Part shown: piece by piece, positions 14,828 to 31,198 of the stretch
How positions within the stretch are numbered: the stretch's first letter is position 1
Layout of the letters: each line of letters begins with the position of its first letter
NCBI GenBank assembly: GCA_964016885.1
Contig: OZ024750.1
Coordinates: forward strand, 4,526,001-4,590,000
Direction of reading: 5' to 3'
From: Eledone cirrhosa
Lineage: Eukaryota
Length of the DNA: 64,000 nt
The notes under the pieces: model-generated
Told to the model about the DNA's origin: nothing
The model's database searches: none
The model's input: only the letters and a program-made list of their open reading frames with translations
Made by a program: the position numbers and the translations under genes

Positions 14828-15631
14828 GATTTAAGATCCTCGGAAATCTCACCTAGATCGAGGAGCAGGAACGAACCACAACCAAACCTACCAACCCCTA
14901 AAAGACAAGAACAAAAGCAACAACAAAAAACAAAGAAAAAACAAACATGAAAATAGATACAAAAGCAAACAATATCAACTAGTTGACATTAGAAGTGAGA
15001 AAATGATAATAAAAATGCCAATGTTATTTCGGTTGGACTCGCATTTCTTTTTTCTTGTTATCTTTTTTTTTTTCTTGTTTATTTTTATTTTATTTTTTCC
15101 TCCCCCCCTTTTTTTTTCTCTAATCTGAAGGAGTCATCCCCGAAGCAGCTCAGTGAATCATCATCACATTCTATGTAAAGGACTTCTAACGTTAAACTCG
15201 CGCTTTCTTCCTCCAAATTTATTTTCTGTGTTTTGTTTGTCTTTTTCATTGTTGTCTCTTCCCCCTCCAACACCTCTCACACCTTACTCATTTACCCACG
15301 TCTTTGCTGTCCCTCCCTTTTACACTCCCCTCTTACCCTCCACTTTCTCTTTCTTTCGACTTCCCACCAACCCTAACCTCAACTCCACTCTACCTCCACA
15401 CACACCCCGCCCCCAGTCACCGGTTGATCTCGGATATGTCTAGTTTAGTGGGGATGGGTGGGGGTGGATATAGATGACAATGCTACTGTATCAACTGAGA
15501 TATCCTACTCCTTCACCACCACCTCCTCCTACTTCTCCCTCGACCGACCCCTCTTCCATTCTAATGATGATGATGATGATGATGGCAGTGGAAGTGGTGG
15601 TAGTGGTGGTAATGGTAGTATTAGTAATAAT

Positions 15632-15818
15632 AATTGTTTCTACTTTAGGCACAAGGCCAGCAATTACCCAGTGCATTACTGGTACTTTATTTTATCGACC
15701 CCGTAAGGATGAAAGGCAAAGTCAACCTCGGCGGGATTTGAACTCAGATCGTAAAGGGACGTAACTATGCTGGAAAGCATGGCGTCCGACCCTCTACCGA
15801 TACTGCCAATCCACCGCC
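15632..15818 (-). mobile_element. SINE family A, full length
   Basis: Near-consensus copy. Confidence 0.85.
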
Positions 15819-16204
15819 TTATAATAATAATAATAAAGTTTCATTTATTGGCCACGAGGGCCGACATATAGGGGACAATACAAAGACAGGGACAGTGGCG
15901 GGGGGAGGGAATAAAATCTAGGAAAAAAATACAAAATAACAAAAGCAACTAACAATGAAACTATATAAAAATATATAAAAATATAAAATATACTAACAAA
16001 ACCTACAATAACAACAACAGTAATAACCCCCCCCCCCAATAAATGATAATAAACGGACCAAAAGGAACTAATTACAACATTAAGGGACTTTCATTTCATT
16101 TTCTTTCCTTTCATTTCATTTCATCTATTTTTTTATTGTTTGTTTTCCTTTACTTTTTGTTTTTGGTTGTTTTTGCTGTTCCTCTGTGATTTTATGTTAA
16201 GGAA

Positions 16205-16630
16205 GTGGGGTCGATTTAATCGACTTTCTCCTCCTTCAAATTGATGGTCTTGTGCCTAAAGTAGAAATAATTATCATTGTTAGAATCGGTAGAGCGTCGG
16301 ACAACATGCTTTGCGGCATAGAGTTACTGCCCTTTACGTTCTGAGTTCGAATCCCGCTGAGGTTAGCTTTGACTTTCATCCTTGCGAGGTCGATAAAATA
16401 AAGTACCAGTAATGCACTGGGCTCGATTTAATCGATCCCCCCCCCACACACACACACTTTCAAATTCCTGGCTTGTGCCTAAAGTATTATTAGAATCGGT
16501 AGAGCGTCAAACATCATGCTTTGCGGCATAGAGTTATGGCCCTTTACATTCTGAGTTCGAATCCCGCCAAGTTTAGCTTTGATTTTCATCCTTGCGAGGT
16601 CGATAAAATAGTGTACCAGTAATACACTAA
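16205..16630 (+). mobile_element. Tandem SINE family A copies
   Basis: Two head-core units plus a tail fragment. Confidence 0.75.
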
Positions 16631-16667
16631 GGCCGTTTTAATTACCTTTCCCTTCCCCACAAAAGTG

Positions 16668-16990
16668 TTGGCTGGCTAGTTGATTGGTTGGCTGAATGAT
16701 TGGCTGGCTGGCTGGCTGGCTGAATGATTGGCTGGCTGGCTGGTTGATTGATTGATTGATTGATTGGCTGGGTGGCTGATTGGTTGGCTGGCTGGTTGAT
16801 TGATTGGTTGGCTGGTTGGCTGATTGGCTGGTTGATTGGCTGGTTGATTGGCTGGCTGGTTGATTGATTGATTGGTTGGTTGGCTGATTGGCTGGTTGAT
16901 TGGCTGGTTGATTGGCTGGCTGGTTGATTGGCTGGCTGGTTGATTGGCTGGTTGATTGGCTGGCTGGTTGATTGGCTGGCTGGTTGGTTA
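16668..16990. repeat. (TGGC/TGAT/TGGT)n tetranucleotide mosaic
   Basis: Seen directly in the sequence. Confidence 0.9.
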
Positions 16991-17252
16991 CAATCAGTAA
17001 TGTGTCATTCGGTCTCTCGGTAAAACCCTTTTGCTTCATTGATGAGAACTAACGATCCATTATTTTATATCCTTTGCTCTTCCTGTCTTCTTTTCTTAAT
17101 CTCTTTCTTCCTTTTCTCTTTCTGTCTTTTTTTGTTGCTTCTGTTGATTTGTGTCCTTTGTAGTTTAACAGATTGTTGCTGACCCCTACTTTGTGATCAT
17201 GACTTTATGGTCCCCAGCATCCATCATCTTCAACACCTCATTATCCTTACTG

Positions 17253-17600
17253 ACACCACCACTACCACCACCACCACCACTATCACCACTACCACCACCA
17301 CCACCACCACTACCACCACTACCACCACCACCACCACCACTACCACCACCACTACCACCACCACTACCACCACCACCACCACTACCACCACCACCACCAC
17401 CACTACCACCACCACCACCACCACCACTACCACCACCACCACCACCACCACCACTACCACCACCACCACCACTACCACCGCCACCACCACCACCACTACC
17501 ACCACCACTACCACCACCACTACCACCACCACCACCACTACCACCACCACTACCACCACTACCACCACTACCACTACCACTACCACTACCACCATTACCA
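17253..17600. repeat. (CAC/TAC)n trinucleotide repeat
   Basis: Seen directly. It explains the poly-P/T/G/V ORFs. Confidence 0.95.
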
Positions 17601-18150
17601 ACAGCCAGAATCATTAGAGTGTCAGACAAAATACTTTGTGGTATACAGTTGCATCTCTTTACGTTCTGAGTTCAAATCCCACCGGGGTTAGCTTTACTTT
17701 TCATCCTTACAGGGTCGATAAAATAAAGTACCAGTAATACACTCGGGTAGAATTAATCGTCTTACTCTTCCCTCAAAATTGTTGGCTTGTGCCTAAATCA
17801 GAAACGATTTGAGGGCGGTGGATTGGCAGTATCAGTAGACCGTCGGACAACATGCTTTGTTGCATAGAGTTACTTCCCTTTACACACTACATGCTTTGTT
17901 GCATAGAGTTACTTTCCTTTACACACTACATGCTTTGTGGCATAGAGTTACTTTCCTTTACAGATTACATGCTTTGCGGTATAGAGTTACTTTCCTTTAT
18001 ATACTGGGTTCATATCCCACTAAGGTTAGTTTTGCCTTTCATCATTACGAAGTCGATAAAATAAAGTACCAGTTACGTACTGGGGTCAAACTAATCGTCT
18101 TACTTTTCTCCCTAAATAGTTGACCTAGTGCCTGAATCAGAAACCATTAT
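17601..18150 (+). mobile_element. Two SINE A copies, the second with an internal 39-bp unit amplified four times (17851-18000)
   Basis: catgctttgtngcatagagttactttcctttacacacta is repeated within the SINE head. Confidence 0.75.
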
Positions 18151-18257
18151 TATTATTTAGCTTTCGACATAAACGCCATCTTATTTGCAGATATATCGCA
18201 GTAGGTTGGAAGTTATAATCGATAATACGTTTTGAACCCAGAACATAGAGGTACGGA

Positions 18258-18326
<69 letters not shown>

Positions 18327-18409
18327 TATATACATATACACACACACACACATATATATATATACATATATACACACACACATATATATATATATACATA
18401 TATACATAT

Positions 18410-18503
<94 letters not shown>

Positions 18504-19233
18504 ATCTATGTATATATGCGGGCGTATGTTTACGCGTATGCATGTGTGCGCGTGTTCATATCTATTATATATATATGTTTATATAAATGTTAATATATAT
18601 ATATATGTGTGTGTGTGTGCGGTTGATGTTTTCGATGTTATGTTGATAGTATGTGGTATATATATATTTATATATTTAGCCTTAAGACGCGACTTATTTT
18701 CTTCATTTGCTGTGTCACATTTAGCAATCCTCTTCATCTCGCAGCCGACATCTACTGATCTTATTTAAATATATTTCGTGATCAGCAATGAAGGAAAATC
18801 TTTCTGGTTTTTTCTTTGTTTTTTTTTCTTTCTCCTAACTAATCTTCAGGAAAATCATGTGACATTGAAATGTTTGGCGGCAAAATGCAAATAAATAAAC
18901 AAGTAAATGAAAATAAAATATTTTTAAGAAGTCACAAGAAAATACGATATAATACCTTGGCAATGGATAAATGTCAGAGAAAATGTCAGGGACTTAATGT
19001 CATCTGGAATTTTATTGAATTTTTTCCATTTAATTCTGTAAAGAAAATCAAAAGATTTAAAGAAAGATAAAAGAGTAAAGATGAGGGGAGGTAATTAGGC
19101 TCTTCTTCAAGATCTGGATTCGGAAAACAAACTGCTTTCGGTTTGACATACATTCTTCTAACACTAACACACACTAACACACAGTATACACATAACACAC
19201 TCACAAACAAACATGTACACGTACAAACATACG

Positions 19234-19264
<31 letters not shown>

Positions 19265-19748
19265 AAAGGTTACTAGCCGAAATCGCCTGAACTCGCAGTC
19301 GAACCTCTATCTCACTACTAATATACTCACTCAGCATCATACCAGGTATTGAATACTACACTGATTTGTTAGAAGAGCTGACAAAATATACAAATATTTT
19401 GTGGCATTTCGTTAGATTTCGAGTTCAACTCTCAGTCAAGTTGACTATGCCTGTCATCCTTTTGGGATCGATAAAATAAATACCAGCTGATTGCTTGGGT
19501 CGTTAACATCGATTATGTTCATCTCACAAATTCGAGGCTATGTAATTAAATCACAAATTAATAGTAAATGTAATAACTTCACAAATGAAGCAAAATAGTT
19601 TCAACCAGGAATCAAAACAAAGACGTGGAGAGATCAAATCAAAATAAATAATACTAATAAATAAATAGATAAATAAATAAACAGACAGAGCAGAGAAGCA
19701 GACCTATAAAAGTTATTTTTGATTCTCAATTCTCAGTCTTTACATACA

Positions 19749-19794
<46 letters not shown>

Positions 19795-19796
19795 TT

Positions 19797-19860
<64 letters not shown>

Positions 19861-19862
<2 letters not shown>

Positions 19863-19991
19863 ACGGGTTCGATCGGGGGTAACCACAGTAAGTAAGGTAC
19901 TCAATACATAACAGAGTATAAATATTTAATGTGGAAATGGCCTCTACAAGACTAGAACTGTTTTATTCGGGAGAAATCATCAGGGCTGATG

Positions 19992-19995
<4 letters not shown>
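19861..19995 (-). mobile_element. HHR-bearing family H1 copy; hammerhead at 19941-19986 with GAAA->AAAA
   Basis: Minus strand reads CUGAUGA-UUUC(uccc)GAAU-AAAA-CAG(uucuaguc)UUGU-A|GAGG. Terminal palindrome aaatcatcag-gg-ctgatgattt. Lies between (GT)n and (AT)n. Confidence 0.7.
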
Positions 19996-20026
<31 letters not shown>

Positions 20027-20939
20027 CAAGAAACGAAACGAGCTGTGTGGTTACTCTAAACAAAGTTTAAGATGGTAATATGGACGAAACAAGAGAAGAA
20101 ATCCTTCATCAGCTGTAAACCGTAGATGTTTCGGCGATATATTGCATCCGTTTACTTTAGTTGTGTTGGAATTACGACATGGTCACACCTTTGTGTGTGT
20201 GTGTAAGCAAAACAGAGCAACACAATAATTATTCAACAGATGAGAGATACACAACGTAGTCGATTGACTTTCTAGAAATAATAGCTAAACCTCCTTCAAA
20301 CAAACAACACCGTACTATCTTTAAGAAGGGAAAGAAGAATAAATTGGTTGCATGATGTAGTTCTAGAGACATACTATATCTGAGATTGAACCTAAAACAA
20401 AATCATAGAAAACAAAACAAGAAATAATAGAAAATAGAACAACAACATGGTCCCAGCTGGAAGGCCTTTGATCACAAGCCTGCTTTATCAGTTCTACTCT
20501 ATCACGTCTGACCTAGAGGTGGAACAACAACAACAGCAGCAACAATAACGACAGTAACAACAACAACAGTAACAACAACAACAGTAACAACAACGACAGT
20601 AACAACAGCAACAGTAACAACAACAACAACAACAGTAAAAACAACATCGACAACAGTAACAACAACGATAGCAACAACAACAATAGTAATAACAACAACT
20701 CCAACAACAGTAACAATAACAGTAACAATGGCTGCGAAGAGTAAAAAAAAATTTTTCATCAAATTTCCTTCTTAGTTTCCTGAAAGAATGTTCTGTAGAA
20801 GTTGTGGAGTTACAAATCTGTGGAATTTTAGTCTTTATCATAGAATGCGGTGCTGAAAGTTGTCACATTATTTCGTCTTTTAACGCCCAGACTTTTCCTT
20901 CACCCCCACAAACCTACCCGCCGCCGTCACTACTTATTT

Positions 20940-21178
20940 GTGTACGCACACATACATGTACGTGCATATACACACCTACGTACACATACACGCACATACA
21001 CACACACACATACACACGTACGTACACACGTACATACACACACACACATACACACACGTACACACACACATATACGCATACACACACGTACATACACACA
21101 CACATGTACATACACACACGTACGCAAAAACGCACATACGTACACACACACACACACACACAGCTATGTGCACATAAG

Positions 21179-21209
<31 letters not shown>

Positions 21210-21426
21210 GTACGCACACATACACACACGTACGTGCACACGCACACACGTACACACACACGTAGTATGTGCACATACATACACACATGTACGCACAAAC
21301 ACACATACGTACACATACACACGTATGTGCACATAAACACGCAAACACACACGTACGCACGCGCACACACACGTACGTCCACATACGTACAGCTACACAC
21401 ACACGTACGCGTGTTTAGGTGTGTGT

Positions 21427-21463
<37 letters not shown>

Positions 21464-23848
21464 TGTGTATAGGTGTGTGTGATTTAATGATGTGTGTGTC
21501 TGGATCATAAAGTCGTGATTCCGATTCCTGGATCAGGTGTGTATTTTGTCCTTGAGCAAGACACTCTATTTTATGTTACGTTACCCCAGTCTACTCTCAA
21601 CACCACCACCACCACCACCACCACCGCTACTACCACTACCACCACCATCAACATCACCACCACCACCACCACTACTACCACTACCACCACCATCAACATC
21701 ACCACCGCCACCACCATCACCTACATCATCACCACAACCATCAACATCACCACCACCACCTGCACTACCACCAACAACTACTACATAACTACAGTCATCA
21801 TCATCACCGCCACCACCACCACCACAAACAACAACTACACCACCACCACCACCACTACCACCACTACCACCACCACCACCACCACCACCACCACTGTTGC
21901 TGTCAATGGCATCATTCTTTTCAATGAATTCTTTCACATATTTTCGTTATTCTCTTTGCCATGTCTCTCTCTCTCTCTGTCTGTCTCTGTCTGTCTGTCT
22001 GTCTCTCTGTCTGTCTCTCTGTCTGTCTCTCTCTCTGTCTCTCTCTGTCTGTCTCTCTGTCTGTCTCTCTGTCTCTCTGTCTGTCTGTCTCTCTGTCTGT
22101 CTGTCTGTCTCTCTGTCTCTCTGTCTGTCTCTCTGTCTCCCTGTCTCTCTGTCTCTCTGTCTGTCTCTCTGTCTCTCTGTCTGTCTGTCTCTCTGTCTCT
22201 CTCTCTCTCTGTCTGTCTCTCTGTCTCTCTGTCTCTCTGTCTGTCTGTCTGTCTGTCTCTCTGCCTGTCTGTCTATCTGACTGTCTCTCTGTCTGTCTCT
22301 CTGTCTCTCTGTCTCTCTGTCTCTCTCTCTGTCTGCCTGTCTCTCTGTCTCTCTGTCTCTCTGTCTGTCTGTCTCTCTGCCTGTCTGTCTGTAATTGAGT
22401 CTAGTCAGGTTCATCTCCACCACCACCATTGATATATATATATAGACACGTGCGGAAATACACACACACACACACACACACACGCACGGACGCACGCACG
22501 CACGCACGCACGCGCACACGCGCGCGTATGCATACACACACACACATGTACAGACACACACATTCATGCATATACACACGAACACACACACACACACATA
22601 CATATACGCACGCAGGAACGCGTCCATTTGCATGCACGAACTCACACATTATTCATCATACACATACCACAAACCTATACACATTCCAACACATACATAC
22701 GCACACTCACACATGTTACCCACACTTACACACACACGTCCTACATACACACACATTCCACCACATAATTAGGCCCACTTACATATGATAACCACACACA
22801 TACATATATTTACACTGACATATATATGCATATACACATTTACGCGTGCATACCATACATACACGCATGTGCACACACATAATGCACACAAATGCACACA
22901 CAAACGCACATATACGCACACAAACAACCCAATACGCACATGCACATAGATATATACACATATATACACACACACACATATATATATATATACACATATA
23001 TACACACACATATACACACACACACATATATAAACACATATATACACACACATATACACGCACACACATATATACACTCACATATATATATACACATATA
23101 TATACACACACATATATACACACACTTGTATATACACTCACATATATACACACACATGTACATACACTCACATATATACATACACATATATATATACGCA
23201 CATATATACACTCACATATATACACACACATATACACTCACATATATACACACACATATATACATACACATATATATTCACACACATATATACATTCACA
23301 TATATACACACACATATATACACACACATATATACACATATATACACACACATATATATACACACACATATATACACTCACATATATACACACACATATA
23401 TACACACACATATATACACATATATATACACACACATATATACACACACACATATATACACACACATATATATACACACACATATATACACACACATATA
23501 CCTTATATATATATATATATATATACTCAAATATACATCCACACATATGCACTTATATACTCATATGTATACGCACAAATATACACATTCTCAGTTACAT
23601 ACACACTCACACAAACACATTTCCACAAAGACAGGAACATACACAGAGACATGCACATACTTACACCAACATATATATATACATTTATTATATATATTCG
23701 CACATATACACCCACCAAGCAGGGACTGTGAAGAAATGACGGCTTCTACAATGACCATCACCCATACAGCCCTTACTTCGGAAATTAGCATTTTAACAGA
23801 ATATTTTATCAAATTACTGATATTGAAATTGCTGATATATTAATATCT

Positions 23849-23904
<56 letters not shown>

Positions 23905-24017
23905 TTATATGTATATGTGTATATATATATGATATATGTATGTACTGATGTATATAATGTATCATATATCAATTTATAAATATATATACACATATACATA
24001 TAAACATATTAATATCT

Positions 24018-24053
<36 letters not shown>

Positions 24054-24133
24054 ATATGTGTATATATATATTGATAAATTGATATATGATACATTATATA
24101 CATCAGTACATACATATATACATACATATATCA

Positions 24134-24166
<33 letters not shown>

Positions 24167-24247
24167 TAATATGTTTATATGTATATGTGTATATATATTG
24201 ATAAATTGATATATGATACATATATACATCAGTACATACATATATCA

Positions 24248-24278
<31 letters not shown>

Positions 24279-24290
24279 ATGTATATGCAT

Positions 24291-24325
<35 letters not shown>

Positions 24326-24391
24326 CATATGTCTATATATGTTATATATATATATACATAATATATATATACATATATAGACATACATATG

Positions 24392-24452
<61 letters not shown>

Positions 24453-24490
24453 ATGCATATAGATATATACATATATACATATACATACGT
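20940..24490. repeat. Compound microsatellite block (CA/TACA/CAC/CTGT/AT mosaics) with small unique or SINE islands
   Basis: Seen directly in the sequence. Confidence 0.9.
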
Positions 24491-24847
24491 ATATATCCAT
24501 ATATTAATATGAAACCAGAACTAGCAATTGTTGACAGTCAGAGCCTCCCCCACCCCCACCCCCCAACATCCCAACCTCTATAAAATGAGCAACATGAAAA
24601 GTATGTACGTAGCCAATACCGCTTATCAAGTGCTGAGGCATTTTTCATGTTTCGTTAGGGACAAACAAAGATACAAGTACCACCCCCCCCCCCTCCTCCC
24701 TCTCACTAACAATCGAATTATTATCGAATGTCAGATGACATCGTCCATCTTCTATTTTCCCTGACTCATGGCCACTGGTGACTCGCCGCCCCATAACACT
24801 CCTGCAAACTAACCTCATCACTGACGAACATATTATTCTTACATTTT

Positions 24848-25220
24848 GGCGGTGGATTGGCAGTATCGGTAGAGGGTCGGACGCCATGCTTTGCAGCATA
24901 GAGTTACGGCCCTTTATGAACTGAGCTCAAATCCCGCCGAGGTTAACTTTGCCTTTCATCCTTACGGGGTCGATAAAATAAGGTACCAGTGATACGCTGG
25001 GAAAATTGCTGGCCTGGTGCCAAAAGTAGAAACAATTATTATTATGCTTTGCAGCATAGAGTTACAGCCCTTTATGAACTGAGTTCAAATCCCACCGAGG
25101 TTAACTTTGCCTTTCATCCTTACGGGGTCGATAAAATAAAGTACCAGTCATGTAGTGGGGTCGATTTAATCAACTTTCCCCTCCCCAAAATTGCTAGCCT
25201 TGTGCCAATATAAGAAACCA
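24848..25220 (+). mobile_element. Tandem SINE family A copies
   Basis: One full copy followed by a 5'-truncated copy. ttcttacattttggcg occurs at both ends. Confidence 0.8.
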
Positions 25221-25387
25221 TTCTTACATTTTGGCGTTTACCTATTGAACTCGACCCCAAATGATTCCCTACTCCATACCCTCAGATCTATACCCTACTG
25301 ATCTATAACCCCCATCACCCCCAACCACTACACATACACACACCAAACCCTATCTATCCCTGGTCTCTAGCCTAACCTTTTAGTCCT

Positions 25388-26146
<759 letters not shown>

Positions 26147-26449
26147 GCGTACAGATAGATTTCGCATAAGCACTCACACACACACAACATATATAGATGC
26201 ATGTATCAAAGAATTTATGTAGCCTTGTCTTCTCCGAATATTTATGCTGCACCAGATCTAGATTTCAGCTTTCTAGACAACCCCGACCCCTTCAGACTGA
26301 AGGTACATGAGAATTGTTCAAAATGAATACCTACAACTACACTATTTCATCAGTTATTTCTTCTGATTCCTGTATGAAAACAGAGGCACGTGTATAGTGT
26401 TCTCACATTCCTTCCAATGCTAACATCAATTGTGTAATTGTATGTATAC

Positions 26450-26528
<79 letters not shown>

Positions 26529-26842
26529 CACTCATATATTCATATAAAATGTGTGTATGAATAAATCAAGTAAAATTTCAAAATATATAATAATTTATCT
26601 ACCGGAGTACTAATATATCTGCAAACGTATAGATCGGCACACATATATTGTACACGCACACACACACACACACACACAGACACAGACACACACATATATA
26701 TATATATATTATGTACATATATATATTTAACCTATAGATACATATTTCTGTCCCACTTTAATATATATAAGGTGAGAGTTGGAACGAATACTGCAAAGCA
26801 TTCTATCCGACGTTCTTACAATTCTGCCAATTTGCTGCTCGC

Positions 26843-26905
<63 letters not shown>

Positions 26906-27092
26906 GAAATATGTAAGTTTTCATATATGTCTGCGTATGTGAGAGTGTAATTTTGTATATATCTATATATATCTATATATATATCTATATATATATCTAT
27001 ATATATATCTATATATATTGAAAGAAACTGCGAAATAAGAAAGACACAAAAGCCTGAATATATTCACACACATGGGCTCCCTTTCATCCACA

Positions 27093-27600
27093 CACAAACA
27101 TATATACCCACAAACATATATACCCACAAACATATATACCCACAAACATATAGCCACAAACATATAGCCACACAAACATATATAGCCACAAACATATATA
27201 CCCACAAACATATATACCCACAAACATATAGCCACAAACATATATAGCCACAAACATATATACACACAAACATATATACCCACAAACATATATACCCACA
27301 AACATATATACCCACAAACAGAAAGCCACAAACATATAGCCACAAACATATATAGCCACAAACATATATACCCACAAACATATATACCCACAAACATATA
27401 TACCCACAAACATATATACCCACAAACATATATAGCCACAAACATATATAGCCACAAACATATATAGCCACAAACATATATACCCACAAACATATATACC
27501 CACAAACATATACCCACAAACATATATACCCACAAACACATATACCCACAAACATATAGCCACAAACATATATAGCCACAAACATATATACCCACAAACA
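27093..27600. repeat. 14-16-bp minisatellite (cacaaacatata[ta]cc/gc)
   Basis: About 30 or more tandem units. Confidence 0.9.
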
Positions 27601-27621
27601 ACCTGGCCCGCACATATATTC

Positions 27622-27817
27622 ATAATTGTTTCTACTTTTGACACAAGACCATCAATTACCCAGTGTATTACTGGTACTTTATTTTATCGACCCCTTTAGG
27701 AGGAAAGGCAAAGTTAACCTCGGCGGGAGTTGAACACAGAACGTAAAGGGCCATAACGCTATGCTGCAAAGCAAGCATGGTATCTGACGCTCTGCCGATA
27801 CTGCCAATCCACCGCCC
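27622..27817 (-). mobile_element. SINE family A
   Basis: Reverse complement of the consensus. Confidence 0.8.
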
Positions 27818-28224
27818 ATATATTCATAATAACAAACAGTCATAAATGCAATATGCTCATTTACATTAATACACACTTACACACACAAAGCAACACACAC
27901 AAACATACACATGTACACACACACATATATATATACATACATATATATATAAACACACAGTTAGTTATTTACTGCACACATGCACACCTATACACTGTCA
28001 ATTATACGGTGAAAATAGACGTCGACAGAAAAATAAGGTTGATGTGAGTTAATTCGTAGAATAATTATGAGATATGCTGAAATGATCTTCTTGAACCGAT
28101 CACTTCTGAGTACTAATCATATTGTCGTCTGCTTTGACCTGCCTCGCTTTGGTGTACTGTGTTGTACTGCGATGTGCCAACATATACTGACAGCCAAGAG
28201 GTGACATCGGTATAATGAACTAAC

Positions 28225-28267
<43 letters not shown>

Positions 28268-28319
28268 AAAATGGAACGGGAACAAAATAGAGAGGCAGTA
28301 CGAACATATATATATATAT

Positions 28320-28369
<50 letters not shown>

Positions 28370-28415
28370 GTCTTCTTAGTTTCCTATTATATCCTTTAAC
28401 AATTCCTTGTTTCAG

Positions 28416-28567
28416 TTTCAGACATGTTCATATCTTAATTAAGGAAACAGAAATATGAATTCTCAGTTCCAGAGAATCAGAGAAGCCCCAAGGTAAATTA
28501 TTTCAATCTAGTTGTACAGGACTTCTTATAAATAATTCATAGATTCCATCTGAATGAAGACCAGTTG
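28416..28567 (+). other. Candidate non-coding/UTR exon
   Basis: Acceptor ttccttgtttcag and donor TTG|GTAAGT, with an alternative donor AAG|GTAAAT at 28492. No long open frame seen. Confidence 0.25.
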
Positions 28568-28635
28568 GTAAGTTAGTTTTACCATATGTAAAGTAAGGAA
28601 CATTGAAGACCTAACTGGAAATAGATATAACTACT

Positions 28636-28859
28636 ATTATTTATAATATATATATATATATATATATTATTTATGATATATATATATATTATTTATAATA
28701 TATATATATATATATATATTATTTATGATATATATATATATATTATTTATAATATATATATATATATATATATATTATTTATAATATATATATATATATT
28801 ATTTATGATATATATATATATATTATTTATAATATATATATATATATATATTATTTATG

Positions 28860-28891
<32 letters not shown>

Positions 28892-29163
28892 TATAATATA
28901 TATATATATATTATTTATAATATATATATATATATTATTTATGATATATATATATATATATATTATTTATAATATATATATATATATTATTTATAATATA
29001 TATATATATATATATTATTTATGATATATATATATTATTTATAATATATATATATATATTATTTATAATATATATATATATATTATTTATAATATATATA
29101 TATATATATATTATTTATAATATATATATATATATATATTATTTATAATATATATATATATAC

Positions 29164-29200
<37 letters not shown>
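28636..29200. repeat. (tattatttata/gata(ta)n) AT-rich minisatellite
   Basis: Seen directly in the sequence. Confidence 0.9.
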
Positions 29201-29202
29201 CA

Positions 29203-29276
29203 TAGGGTGTCCCCAAAAGTGTATACACACGTCAACAGCATTCTAATAAATATGTGTATAGATTTTGGGGGACATC

Positions 29277-29279
<3 letters not shown>
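29203..29279. mobile_element. Tc1/mariner-like MITE, internally deleted
   Basis: TIRs agggtgtcccc/ggggacatcct within TA repeats. Confidence 0.7.
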
Positions 29280-29338
<59 letters not shown>

Positions 29339-30025
29339 TGGATGTAGCATTCGTTCCAACTCTTTCTGAGTTCAAATTCCGCCGAAGTAAACTTTGCCTT
29401 TCATCCTTTTGGGTGTTGTTGTTGTTGGGTGGTAGTGATGGTGGTGGCGGTGGTGTTATAGTTGTTGTTGTTGGGTGGTAGTGATGATAGTGATGGTGGT
29501 GTTATAGCTGTTGTTGTTAAGTCAGTGGTGTTTTTAATGATATCCACCTTCATGTAACCACTTCTGTTTCGGTTCAGTTACGTTCGTCTTTTTTCTCTTC
29601 TTTCTTATCCTTTCTCATTGAAGTAAGACATATTATTTCTAGTAAACAGATCCTAATCTTTATGGCAATTATGATTTCAGATCCATCCATTTTTTTTCGT
29701 TCCAGTTTCTGTCGGATTTTCAAAGAACTGAAAAAGATCTTTCATGTTTTGTTTTTATTATTCTTTTATCATATTTTCTTACCACGTTTTATTTTATTTT
29801 ATTATTTTTTATCTAATTTTTTACCAGTTTTTTTTAAATGTTATTATTATTTTTTTATCATATTTTCTTACCACATCTCTTTTAAATTTTATTATCTTTT
29901 TAATCATATTTTTTACCAGGATTTTTTTTAATGATGTTTTTTGTTTGTTGTGAAATAGAACTTTTGATGAAGAATGATAAACTGTTATAAAAACAAACTC
30001 TTTAACTTCTCTTTTGTTACTGTAG

Positions 30026-30227
30026 CTGTTCTAACTTTCATCTGATAACTGAATATACAGAAGACTGAATATAAGAGAACTAAAACAGTTCTACTACAAG
30101 TTATAGAAACTATACAGTTGGTTGCTCCGACATCTTGCAGTAAGAAAGTCATCATTAACAAACATTTCTTCAAAGATATTTATTTCATCTTGGAAAATAC
30201 AATAGGTGCTGTGAACCTGACTATGAG
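30026..30227 (+). other. Candidate non-coding/UTR exon
   Basis: Acceptor tttaacttctcttttgttactgtag and donor GAG|GTAAGT, in unique sequence. Confidence 0.3.
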
Positions 30228-30386
30228 GTAAGTTTAAGAAGTTCCTTGTTTTAAACTAGCGAAACATTTTTCACTTAACCTCACATGACTTCTCCCTGAG
30301 TAACCAGGCATCGTTTTAATATATACATTAATACCAAGTTTATGTATATCTATCTATCTATTTATCTATCTATCTATAAAGAAACA

Positions 30387-30500
<114 letters not shown>

Positions 30501-30634
30501 CCTACCTACCTACCTACCTACCTACCTACCTACGGCCCCTTGCTATTCATAATAACAGTTGGCTGTTTTACAGCTATTTCTAGGTTTGAGATTCCTACAA
30601 TTTTATGAAAATATGAGTTTACGTTTTGATATGA

Positions 30635-30985
30635 TGAACTGGCAGAATCTTTAAGGCGTTGGATGTCTTACATTGTTTAGTTCTAGCTTTTTACGTTCTG
30701 GGTTCAAATTCTAGCGAGGTCAACTTTGCATTTCATTCTCCCATGGTTGAGGGAAATGCTAGGACTGAATTAATTGACTAATCCCAACCAACAAAAATCT
30801 GGGACCTTGTGCTTATTCTAGAAATAGTGACCTTGTGCTTATTCTAGAAATAGTGACCTTGTGCTTATTCTAGAAATAGTGACCTTGGGCTTATTCTAGA
30901 AATAATTATTATTGAGTTCGATTTAATCGACTTTCCACTGTCCCAAAATTGGTGGCCTTGTTCCTATATCAGAAACCATTATTGC
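30635..30985 (+). mobile_element. Diverged SINE A with 26-bp tail unit amplified four times (gaccttgtgcttattctagaaatagt)
   Basis: B-box ggttcaaattc, core and tandem tail at 30803-30905. Confidence 0.7.
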
Positions 30986-31099
30986 ACTATTTAATTTGTC
31001 CTTCATTTTTTTCTAAAGATGGAAGGGTTTGATTTGCTGAAGATTTTTGCTGCTCTTTCTTGCAGGTCCATTTAACGTATATATCTATATCTATATATA

Positions 31100-31198
<99 letters not shown>

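Noticed and set aside
20095-20150. Minus-strand GAAAC...CUGAUGAAGG, a possible type II hammerhead
   Set aside because: Stem I does not pair convincingly and stem II is only 2 bp; it may be a scrambled remnant.
26223-26302. Possible small coding exon ([26 protein letters not shown])
   Set aside because: Weak splice sites, no recognisable homology and no partner exons.
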